A DNA stretch of 63,908 nucleotides, counting the filler, from Licmophora abbreviata (taxonomy: Eukaryota): assembly GCA_900291995.1 (NCBI GenBank). It is 15 parts of 15 records of this genome, joined end to end, with 100 filler letters (N's around TTAATTAATTAA, not from the genome) between each part and the next. Parts side by side here need not be neighbours in the genome. Positions count along the whole stretch, not along the records: positions 23,835 to 24,871 come from OLMU01004070.1; positions 24,972 to 27,748 come from OLMU01004071.1; positions 27,849 to 33,789 come from OLMU01004073.1; positions 33,890 to 36,196 come from OLMU01004074.1; 11 more parts are not named here. One strand, 5' to 3'. The position numbers and the translations under genes were made by a program. The notes beneath the pieces were generated by a model that made no database searches, had not been told where the DNA came from, and was given only the letters and a program-made list of their open reading frames with translations. Below, in pieces: positions 23,835-34,010 of the stretch (positions are counted from its first letter, which is position 1; every line of letters starts with the position of its first letter).

Positions 23835-24341
23835 CTTCACCACGTTGCAGCTTCACCACACCAGACCGGAAGTGCCAGTTGGGTGCCAGTTCCAAGTCGT
23901 CTGCTGTCTTTATAACCTCGAATCGCTGATGCTGCAACTACTCTGTCTGATCAACAATTAGAGAAACTTCGCACCTGGATGACTGCACAGCATATGCTCC
24001 CCACCATCACAACAGCCATATGTGAGCCTCTTCACTCCTGGCAGTCTAATCTTCCCCCCCAACACTTCAACATCCTCAAGAACCCTGACCTCACCAGTAC
24101 TCTTGCAGCTCAGGATAGTGTGGGATGGAACACGTTCTGTGAGGGCAACGTTATTCACAACGGATGGGCCACCCCACAACAACGCCACTTTGAGTCCCAG
24201 GATAGCGGGCAGACTGGAAAGCAGTGGGCCTCACGTTTGATTCGTGGCTTACGGGAGATTCAACATGCTATGTGGCAACATCCCAATGATTTGGTACACG
24301 GCGCTGAGGAGAAGGCACAACGGGACCTCCTCCTCCTATGA
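23835..24341 (+). mobile_element. Decayed non-LTR (LINE, possibly Ambal-like) retrotransposon, C-terminal ORF remnant
   Basis: QDSVGWNTFCEG...GW...QQRHF...TGKQWASRLIRGL..IQHAMWQHPNDLVHG resembles the Trp-rich W..RN...HG tail of diatom non-LTR polyproteins. Stops lie upstream and downstream. Confidence 0.6.
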
Positions 24342-24425
24342 GAAGGTGTAGAAAACGGACTGCTCCAGCTTGTCCTGAGCCTGAGAGTATAAGCGGTGAA
24401 GATCAGATTCAGTAGTAAAGTGGGT

Positions 24426-24574
24426 TGTAACGTGAGCCTCTGTCATGCGTACGACACAGGGCTGACAGTGCTTGGGAGCGTACTCCCACAATCCCGACAC
24501 TCGATGCTTTGTCACTCCACAATCATCCCGCGACCATCTTTGTCCCTAGCTGGTGTTTCCCCTCTTCCGTTACA
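24426..24574 (+). mobile_element. Short 5' LTR (149 bp) of a Gypsy-like or TRIM-like element
   Basis: Terminal inverted repeats TGTAACG (24426-24432) ... CGTTACA (24568-24574), followed immediately by a TGG-initiated PBS. Confidence 0.7.
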
Positions 24575-24624
24575 TGGAATTCCGCCGGGATTCCGCCCGG
24601 GATTCGAACCCGGAATCTCCTGAT
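24575..24624 (+). other. Primer-binding site: complement of the 3' half of a tRNA (Arg-ACG-like), with a 12-nt internal duplication
   Basis: Reverse complement reads ATCAGGAGATT-CCGGG-TTCGAAT-CCCGG-(GCGGAATCCCGG)-CGGAATTCCA: anticodon-stem 3' strand, variable loop, perfect T-arm, acceptor strand and CCA. Confidence 0.7.
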
Positions 24625-24971
24625 ACCTACGTTCACTGAACAAGCTCCTTGCCACGTCGTGCACACGACAAAATGACCGACACTGCACAAACACTCCCTC
24701 CCGCGAGACGGAGATAGCTTCTCATCCTTTACAGGCTGTAAGGCGCCCATCGAACGCGAGGAGAGTTTGTTCCTTGTTTCTTGTCGGTCGCTTCAGCGTG
24801 TCTGTGAAGAAGTGTGTGGTCTACCAAGCGTGAGCACATCAGAGAGGAGGTGACGCCGTTGCCCATCACCGNNNNNNNNNNNNNNNNNNNNNNNNNNNNN
24901 NNNNNNNNNNNNNNNTTAATTAATTAANNNNNNNNNNNNNNNNNNNNNNNNNNNNNNNNNNNNNNNNNNNN

Positions 24972-27748
24972 CATCTCTACGCGGATTAGGGTCCATCTTT
25001 GTTTAAGAGTTTATCCGCTGCAATGGTGCAAGCCATGTCAATGGTGTTGTTGAGGTACTGTAGAAGTCGATTCAGTTTCTGCCAATCCTGTTCGGTACTA
25101 CGAGACACCCTGGTACACAGGAACGCAATCGTAGGGGAGATGTCACTGCGCCCCCGCTGTGACACATACAATAATTTCGCCACGGTGCTGTGGAAAAGGT
25201 CGCTCCTTGCATTGTCAAGGGAGGGAGCACCACTGTCAATCTCGAAAAGGTCCTTCGCTGCGGGAGTAGCCACCAGCCGGGAGACGTCGTCACAGAAATC
25301 TCGAATCGCCTCTCTCAGGTATTCCTTCATCGTAATGGTAACACTAGCGTCTTCGTTGAAGGTGATGTCCATCCCCAGGAAAGAATGCTGTTTGCCTCGC
25401 GTTACTGTCATTTTTCCAAATTTGGTCTCAATCAAAGCGATGATCTCAGACACTACTGCCGGTTCGACGTGTGAGATCTTGTTGTCGTTAACGTACCAAC
25501 CGATCGTGCACTGCTTCCCATTGATCATGCAGTTGGCCACACATGGATCGTAAGGGTTGATGACAAATCCTCTGTCTTATCAACGTGGTTACAAACGAAT
25601 CGTACCAAAGTACGAGTAGGGCGGACTTAACACACCCGTAGAGGGTCTTGAACAGGCGAACGTATAATACTCGACATCCCTTCTCGACTATCACGAACGG
25701 CGTGTACTTGGGATTCACGTCACATATGATGCCAACGGCGTCCCCGGTGAGACGCATCAATACAAAATCCTCCATGTCAGGGTGTAGATATGCACCAACT
25801 ACATCGGCTGTGGCCACATCCCGTTTCTCCAAACCATCTATCATGAGCGAGATCATGAGTGCATCTGTCGATATGGTGGGTGAGGTGGTCTCCGCACGGG
25901 TGTAAAGGCTGCGCTGCGGACGACCGTCGGCACACGTACGGCCCTTGAGTTGTCCGGACCGCTGTTCTTTGATCAGGTTCACCGCACGTAATGCTCCATG
26001 CTTTTCTTCGACGGACAATTCAGACGGGTCCATTGCCTCGAACACACCTTTGTCGTCTAGCTGAGCGAACTCCTTAAAGAGCGCGTCTACCGCTCCTTGG
26101 CCGTGCTTCTTTATGCCTGCCTTCGCCGTCATTTGCGTGAAGACCTGTCCAAATACGTGAGTACGCAGGGACTTCGGGTCGCTTGGTAGTTGGTGTATGG
26201 CTTGCTGTAGAAGTTGTACTCCACTGGTACCGGGAACATCGCTCGCGGGTTCTGCATCGATCTGTCGGTCATAGCGGTGTTCGTAACTGCGCGCACGGTC
26301 GCCTCTGAGATTGTATCCATGCCCGGTAACATCATCGGTTTCTCCAGGGACATCCTCTGCTTCAAGTGGTTCGTTTTCATCCGGCTGTTTGTCTATCGCT
26401 TCGTCATCCTCGATGGGCGCTCCTTCATCTGCAACTTGAGGCACTTCTCGTCGGCCTCGTGTGTTGCCACATTGATGTCATTGTCACTGTCATCGCTGTC
26501 ACCGTCGTGATCGTATTCGTAGTCAGGAACATCAGCCGCCAATGGGTCGTTGTTGTCGTCCTCGGGGCCATCTTCGTCCTTGCCGGGATCAGCGTGTTCG
26601 TTATCGCCGTCATCGTCGCCGTCAGTGTTTCTTCCTCAATAATGATATTGGGGTGCCACTCGTACTTCATGGTCCCTCCTTGGATGCGTGGTTGCCCCTG
26701 TGCGATGGCCATGGCTTTTACAGTCTGAATCACCTCCGAGGTGACGGGGAACTGTCCATTGACGTCGACTCAAACGAGCACCGGTGGTGAGTGACATGAA
26801 ATGATAGTCACCCTGTTCATTCCCAGTCAGGTTGAGGGCGATTGCACCGGTCATACGTGTAGCTGTGGAGTTGCTTCCTGGGGATGGGCTGTTGTCTTCA
26901 AAACCTGTGCGTAGGAGCCAAACTCGAGCTTCATCTTGTTGTAGTCTGGGTTCGCCAGTCCGGTGACAATCGATCGTGGGCTGAGGGTCTTCGATACGCC
27001 ATTCTTGGCCAGAAAAAGGTTCAAATTCTTAACTGCATGCTTGACTACCTCCTTGATTAACAGAATAGGGAGGCGCCTGTAGGGTAGGCCGTGGATAGTG
27101 GAGCGGGTGCCTCCTTGATTGTCCGAATGGAATGCTCTACCTCGCCGACATGGTCGTCTGCGGCGGTCACGTTGAGTGTCGTTGGCAAGATGTCATTTCG
27201 AATACACTCAAACTCACCGTCGGAGTGGAAACCATTCACGCGGAAACCTCTCGTCTGGTAATGGTTGATGATAGCTTGGGTCTCGCGGAGCAAAGTGGCT
27301 TGCTGCCGGTTTGGCAGGGTGGCAACCGTTCGAAATTGGATCTTTCGGGGTATGGTGTGAAAAAATGGGATGCCATGTACGTAGAAGATGTCACCACAAA
27401 TGGTGACGTCACCGTGATGCTTCAGGATCGGATGGGTTTGGGGAGACGGTGACACTAGGGACGTGAATGGACGGCCCTTTTGTGGTTTTTCCTTTTAGTG
27501 TGGCCACATCTGGGCCGTAGATCTGAAGTGCCCTCTTGGCATCTTGAACTGTAACCGGACAGTTGATGATGAGATTGTTCTGTAGGATACTCAGGAAATT
27601 CTTTTGGGATGGGCAACCAATTTTTCAATACAGCACCACAGCCGCATCCGCTCCTGCAATTTTGCGGGGGGTGAAACGAGACTTCTCGGCTGCTAGTGTT
27701 GATAGAAAAGAGTAGGGGGTAACTGGGGCACTAGTAGAGTTAGCGACG
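24972..27748 (-). mobile_element. Degenerate Ty1/Copia (CoDi-type) retrotransposon pol: pre-integrase region, integrase and reverse transcriptase
   Basis: NNLIINCPVTVQDAKRALQIYGPDVATLKGK. Integrase GDIFYVHGIPFFHTI, HSDGEFE, HVGEVEHSIRTIKE. RT GQLKGRTCADGRPQR, ATADVVGAYL, KTLYGCVKSAL, WYVNDNKISH, FHSTVAKLLY. Integrase precedes RT (Copia order). Multiple frameshifts and stops. Confidence 0.93.
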
Positions 27749-27848
27749 NNNNNNNNNNNNNNNNNNNNNNNNNNNNNNNNNNNNNNNNNNNNTTAATTAA
27801 TTAANNNNNNNNNNNNNNNNNNNNNNNNNNNNNNNNNNNNNNNNNNNN

Positions 27849-30800
27849 GCCCGAGCTGACGGTCGGGGGGGGAGCCATGGATTCGCTCGGCGCTGGACTG
27901 CGCGAAGGGCTGCCACTGAGACGCTCGCCAAAGCAGGCGCATACAAATCGGACTCCACCAGCTTCAGCAAAGCTGACCGTCAATGATTCGACATTCTCTT
28001 CGTCGACCAACACATTCTGAACAGAATTCTCGCCAATGCCATTAATCGGAATAATTTTGGAGCTTCCATCAGACATTTCGACCTCCAAAAAGTCGTTCTG
28101 GCCTTCAGCGACGCCCAATAGTCCAATCGACACTAGCTCGATGACTGGACTCTCGAATGTGAACGTGATATTCCCGCCGCCCTGGTTCTCGCCTGCGTCA
28201 AGTGCGCCGCTTTGTTGGATGACCAGAACATTGCCCTGAGGTTCGCAGTTCTGCCCTGGGCTTCCCGGTTCTCCTCCTGAGCCCACTCCTGGGCCTGATG
28301 GGCTACATTTGACATTAGGACTTCCTAGATCGGGGTCGGCCTCTGGCGCCGAAGTATTGAAAACAAGAGCGCTTCCGTCTGGGGTGACTGTGCCCTCATC
28401 TGATACTGCTGTGACAATCATTCCATACATGTGAAACCACTCATACTTGACGTACTGACCACCAATCAATGTTGAGCCGTCTCCTGATGTCGAAAAGTCA
28501 ATGCATTCTTTGTTCTCGACGCAGGAATGCGATGGTGATTGGCTTGGCGCCGGGCTGACACTAGGTCTCTCACTCGGCACCACCGGTTTCGCACTCGGCT
28601 CTTCACTGGGTTCTGGACTCTTAGTCACCTCATTGCTGGGCACAGCTGAAGGGAATGGCGTCGTCCCCGGTTGTGCCCCAAAGATAGGAGAAGAGGTTGG
28701 TGACGCAGGAGCAGCAGTAGGCGACGGGGTGGGAGCGACTGGAGCGGGTGTCGGATTTTGTCCCGAATCACCAGAGTTGGCCGTCGGCCGGCGAGAAGGT
28801 GAGGGAGTGTGGCATCGGTTCGGGTCTCGAGGGAATGGAGTTTTTCCAAGTGGAGCTGAAAACTTGCTTTTAAAGGTCCAAGAGCTTCCTCCAGGGCCTC
28901 CTCCAGGGCCTCCTCCTGGGCTCGAATCTCCTGCGAAGCTCTTGGAACTCTTGAAGCTCTTGTAACTCTTGTAAGGTTTGAACTTATGGACAATCGTGGG
29001 ATCAAATGGGTTGGTAGTGTACTTGGCCTTGCTCCACGTATTCTTATACTTTCCAAAAAAGTCAAAAAAACCTCCCTTGGAGGAGCCACCTCCTTTACCA
29101 CTGGAATCAAAGGCGCTGCTACCCTTGTACTTGCCGCCGCTGCCGCCCTTCCCTTTCGATCCATAATAGTCGAAGGCAGAGCTACCTTTGGCTTTGCTTC
29201 CACCCTTTCCTCCCTTGCCAGGACTAGCATCGCCGCTGGAGTTGCCCGGGCCGAAGGATCCTGGCCCATTGCTCGGTCCACCCGGAAAGGGACCTGCTGG
29301 CTGCGTGGGTCTATCGTTTGACGAATTCGCGGGAGACGGCGAGGTATCGCAATCCTCATCATCCGGCGGGCCGCCACAAGACACATGGTCTTGAGGAAGA
29401 ATGATTATCTTTCTGTTGGCCTCGACAAAATCGAAGGAGCTGGTGTCACGATCACCGTCGTCGTAGCTGTCGGAAGAGTAGTACGAATACTTGTACTTGC
29501 CCTTCTTGTGTTTGGCACTCTGGTACCGCGCATCAGCCGAAAAGTCATCAGAGTCGCTAGAAGATGAGGAGGAGGAGGAGCCCATTGACATGCCTTTGGA
29601 CTTTCCTTTGGACATTCCTAGGTCCCTGCCCATCGCGTTCGTTGCATGGCCATTGTCTTCCGACGGTGGAGTCTCTTCGTAAAGACCACGCACGCGACCC
29701 TTTCCTTTTCCACTATCGAAGTAGGCATTCTTGCTTCCTCCTTTTCCTTTTCCTTTTCCACTATCGAAGTATGCATTCTTACTCCCGCCCTTTCCTTTGC
29801 CGCCATCATAGACGGTGTATCCACCGTTGTCGAAAGCTGGAACATCACTGCAGCCGAATAAATCATCTGCATCGTATTCGACTCCAGGACAAATGAATAC
29901 CACGTTCGCACAGGCTGGATGGTTAGCCGGGATGACTCTGAATCCATCGACAACAGGGTAGGCATAGATTTCATCAGCATCGTAGTAGAAGTCGTTGTCC
30001 TGGTACTTTGACGCCGGGGAGCCCTTGGACTTGGACTTGGACTTGGACTTGGACTTGGACTTGGAGTTGGACATTCCAAGAACCCGGCCTTTGGTGTGGC
30101 GCCGCGGCTTGTTCTCAAGCTCCCGACCCTTGGAGCCCTTGGAACCACCTTTGCCACCTTTGCCGCCACCTTTGCCCGACGAGTAAGTGTCAAAATTGCC
30201 CTTGGCACCGCCTTTGCCGCCCTTGCCCCCTTTTCCGGGGCTCGAATCACCAATCACATTGTCAAACGCATCCTGGGGCAGCCACTCCCCGGGGAACTGA
30301 CAACGACAACCATAATCGGCTTCATCTTCGGACACATTCACCGATTGCGTCGTCTTCTTGCGGTCGCGGTCTTGACGATCATCGGCGGAGGCGGCATCCG
30401 TGCGGCTAGGCCTGGCGCGCGCACCAGAGTCTGCGCGGGATCCAAACCCTAAGAAGTTTCGGACAAGCGATCCGAAATCTCGTCGCGCGCTGCCGCGCGT
30501 CGTTCCATCCCCGCCCGATCGACCTCCACGACTCGAGCGACGAGCGGACGTCGTCCTCGTCGTCTTGGTGGCAAAGGACCGGACTTGAGTCGTCGACTGA
30601 GAAGTCCTGCTCGATCCTCCTTCACGGGAAGTCTTGCTGGTATCACCAGCCTCCCACCTGATGAAGCTTGCCGCAACATCTTCTTCTTCGGAGTCGCCTG
30701 GACGGGCCATGGTCGAGCCTACGCTGTGCTCGCGGGACGTCCTAGTAGACCCTCCATCAGCGCTTGCAAGATCACGATGAATTCCCTGCAAGTTCTCGGA

Positions 30801-31499
30801 GTAACTCGTACCAGGGATGATGTATCCATCTCGATCCAACAAGCAATCGGTACAGTCGTCATCTTCGCCACTTGCTGCGGCTGCAACTTGCTGGTGTCGG
30901 ATATGGAAGTCGGTCCATTCAGCGCCTTGAAAGAACAGTTTCAGCATCTCCGGAATCGGGCTGATACCACTTCCCTTGAAATCGACATCATCCACACCTT
31001 CAACCTCATCAGATTCAAAAGTACCTCCTTCTTCAGCGGAGTGGTCATCTGCGGTCGCAAGAGGGTCATTCTCCTCTCCCTTCAAGACCGCAGCGCCAAC
31101 TGAGCCAACCAATTCCTCGGACCGGGCCTTCATCGCCTCGCCCTTCCTAGGCTTGGTTTCCTTCCCATCGCTGCCGATCGCCTTATCCTTAGAGTTTTCA
31201 GCGGAGAAAAGATTCTCCACATCTTCCTCGTCAGCAAGGGCTCCGGCAGAACCAGAGTTGGTGATGGTGCCCCAAAGGTTCGAGAGAATCGAACCAAATG
31301 CACCACCAGAGGGTGACTTGGTCACTCGTTTGATGCCAGCCTCGCCATACGTCAACACGCCTGCACCAAGCAACAAACAAAGACCAAGTCCCGCCATAAT
31401 GATCTTGTCGTTCCGCTTCTTACTCACTGCAGCATTCAAGCCTGCAGCTTTCGAGTTGCGACTACGACGACGACTGCCGCGGGTAGGACGGCGCGCCAT
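27849..31499 (-). CDS. Large N-anchored extracellular/luminal protein with silaffin/cingulin-like K/G/S/Y-rich segments, RxL sites, Pro/Ser/Thr stalk and C-terminal globular domain; 3'-truncated
   Basis: More than 1200 aa uninterrupted. Basic N-terminus then TM IIMAGLGLCLLLGAGVLTYG. GKGGKGG, (KS)n and YFDSGKGKG repeats. RDL, REL, RVL, RGL, RDL motifs. PSxxP stalk. DPDLGSPN..C...GNVLVIQ domain. Confidence 0.8.
30026..30066. repeat. (GACTTG)n hexamer run encoding (KS)n on the minus strand
   Basis: TGGACTTGGACTTGGACTT... tandem array. Confidence 0.9.
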
Positions 31500-32184
31500 C
31501 TCCTTGCGCGTACTACCAGGAACAGTCAGAACTTATGGAAACTTGTTTGCTTTGCAATCTAGAAACGTCTCTTCTCTCCAGAGACGGTTCCTTCAGCTGA
31601 AATCACTCGATGCAACAGATCTTTGTTGCTTGGAGCGATTTTGTGACTGGGTCATCCTCATCTGCTTTTTCGACAAGACTACGATCTGTGTAGCGTTTGT
31701 ACCAGCACCAGCGTAGTGAAATTTCGTAGGTCCTGTCAATCAAGCCCTTCGATCAATTTGTACTCGTGGCATAAGTGGTAGTCAGATATACTCTATACAA
31801 TACTGATAGGGTATTAACCATAATTCCTTGTCACTCAACGCATGGGTCATTTGGTCGGACATTTCACGAAAAGATGAAGTGGCGCGCAACTTTTTCAACT
31901 TGAAACTTCACGCGAACTTTCGAGCTCTCATCGTTATTGTAGGGCTTTTGCCGGCGCCATCATAAATCATAACCCTATGAAACCACAAAATGTTCGCTGT
32001 CACCATTATAGCGATTTTTGATTTTTGTTGGGTGCCGCAGAGCTTATAGCCTGTCTTCTGTCTTCCAGTCTTGTCCAGAGTTGACTTGGATCGGTGAGAA
32101 GATCCATTCTGAAATCTGATCGTTTGTTCTTACGGAAAGACAGGCCAGCAGTAGCGTCAGTGCGTCCCCTGTGCAAACAAGGAG

Positions 32185-33944
32185 ATGCAACATCGACGCA
32201 CCTTGCTCGTCTTGTTGCTTTCCTTTCAAGCGATTCTTCCTGCCTTTTCCTGGACCCGACCTACGTCCATGCTTCGTCGATCGGCCCGACGCTATTCTCG
32301 TGCCATGTCTTTCGCTTCTCTCCAGGAACTCGCGCAGCGCCTCATAGTTCAGGCCGATCCCGACCCTCCGTTGGTATGCATCGTCGTGGCCGGAGGAGGC
32401 GGTTCGGCCATTTCGACGCTGGCGTCGACCGAGGGAGCATCGAGCCTCTTTCTCGAAGGAACTCTCACGTATGATCAGAACGCTTTTCATTCGTATACGA
32501 ATCTTCCCCAAAAAAGCGCAGACGACGAAGACTTTCGGTACGTGTCTTCCGAAGCGGCGCACTTGTTGTCTAGAGCTGCTCTAGAGCGAGCGATGCGATA
32601 CAGACCTCAGTTGGTAGACCAAATCCGCTGTGTCGGAATCGGTTGTACCTCCAGCCTAGTTTCCTGTCAGAGTAGACCGAGACCAGGGCGTGTCAGTCGC
32701 GGGCACATTGTAGCCTCACGAGCTGACGGTACAAAATGGGAGTGCAGCGTCACGCTGGCGTCCAACAAACGTAGTCGGTTCGATGAGGACGTTCTCATGA
32801 GCCAGTTGGTATTGAAAAGTCTGGAACAACTACAAGGTAAAGAATCTGACCTGAGCGAGTTTTTGGAGGGTGATGATCAAGGTGATCACTGGATTCATGG
32901 GGATGATGGGTCTATCGACGTTGTTGAAGAAAGTGCAAGGATGATTGTCGAAGGCTCAGTGGGATCCGTGTTGCTCGTTCCTCGGAAAGACAACACGTTT
33001 ACCGCTTTGAGAAAGCCGACATTGCCACAAGGTTCTTTGCTCTTTCCTGGTAGTTTCAATCCACCTCATATCGGCCATATAACACTGGCAAATGTCGCTG
33101 CGGCCAAATGGAAGGAGAGCACAGCCTGTCCAGCGGTTCTGATGGAATTGTCGGTCACAAATCCCGACAAGCCTTCTATCGACCCTGAAATGGTTTCGAA
33201 GAGAGCGCACAAGTTCTTCGAACTCGAAAACCTGCCGGAGAACTGGGGCGTTTTGCTTTCCAGTGCCCCATTGTTCTCCCAGAAGGTGGATGTTTTTGCT
33301 CAACAGATTGTGACTGGTGAGTGCTCAATGCTCGTAGATGTGAATGAGTTTGGGGGTTTATGGACACACGCCGACTGACTCATGTTTCTTCCCTGATGCA
33401 CACAGTGGACAAAGAATCTCCCAATATGGCTTTTGTCATTGGTACTGATACGATGGTGCGAATCCTGGACCCGAAGTATTATGGAAATAGCGAAGCTGCG
33501 ATGCTGGAAGCCGTCTTCGAGATGAAAAGAAAGGGCATCCATTTTATTGTCGGGGGTCGTCTAGAGAATGGAAGGAAAGAAAGTGGGTGAGTAATCTTTT
33601 CTGTGAATGCCTCCATAATTTATTGCAACTCATTCGCATTGTGCGGGTTGTCGGGCTGTAGAAAGTTTGTTTCGGGGGAGGACGAGCTAGAAAGATTACC
33701 CCAAGATCTTCAAAACATGTTCACCCTCCTCACAGAAGACGAGTTCAGACTGGATATAAGCAGCACTGAATTAAGAACTAATCAATCTTNNNNNNNNNNN
33801 NNNNNNNNNNNNNNNNNNNNNNNNNNNNNNNNNTTAATTAATTAANNNNNNNNNNNNNNNNNNNNNNNNNNNNNNNNNNNNNNNNNNNNGTTCAGACTGG
33901 ATATAAGCAGCACTGAATTAAGAACTAATCAATCTTCAGGCTAA
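32185..33944 (+). CDS. CinA/PncC-like plus nucleotidyltransferase (NMNAT/NadD-like) fusion; introns 33317-33405 and 33587-33661, continuous across linker 33790-33889
   Basis: VVAGGGGSAISTLASTEGASSLFLEGTLTY, FPGSFNPPHIGH (HIGH motif), ELSVTNPDKP, APLFSQK, FVIGTDTMVRILDPKYY and FRLDISSTELR. 47 nt duplicated across the gap. Confidence 0.88.
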
Positions 33945-34010
33945 ACGGGGATGTTTAATCGAAAGAAGTTAGAGGTTTGTGGAGGTGTCGACCATAGAAG
34001 AAGCCAGAAT

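Noticed and set aside
24575..24624. Functional or permuted tRNA gene on the minus strand
   Set aside because: Only the 3' half is present. No D-arm or 5' acceptor strand is found on either side, it has an encoded CCA and an internal duplication, and it abuts an LTR end, so it is better explained as a PBS.
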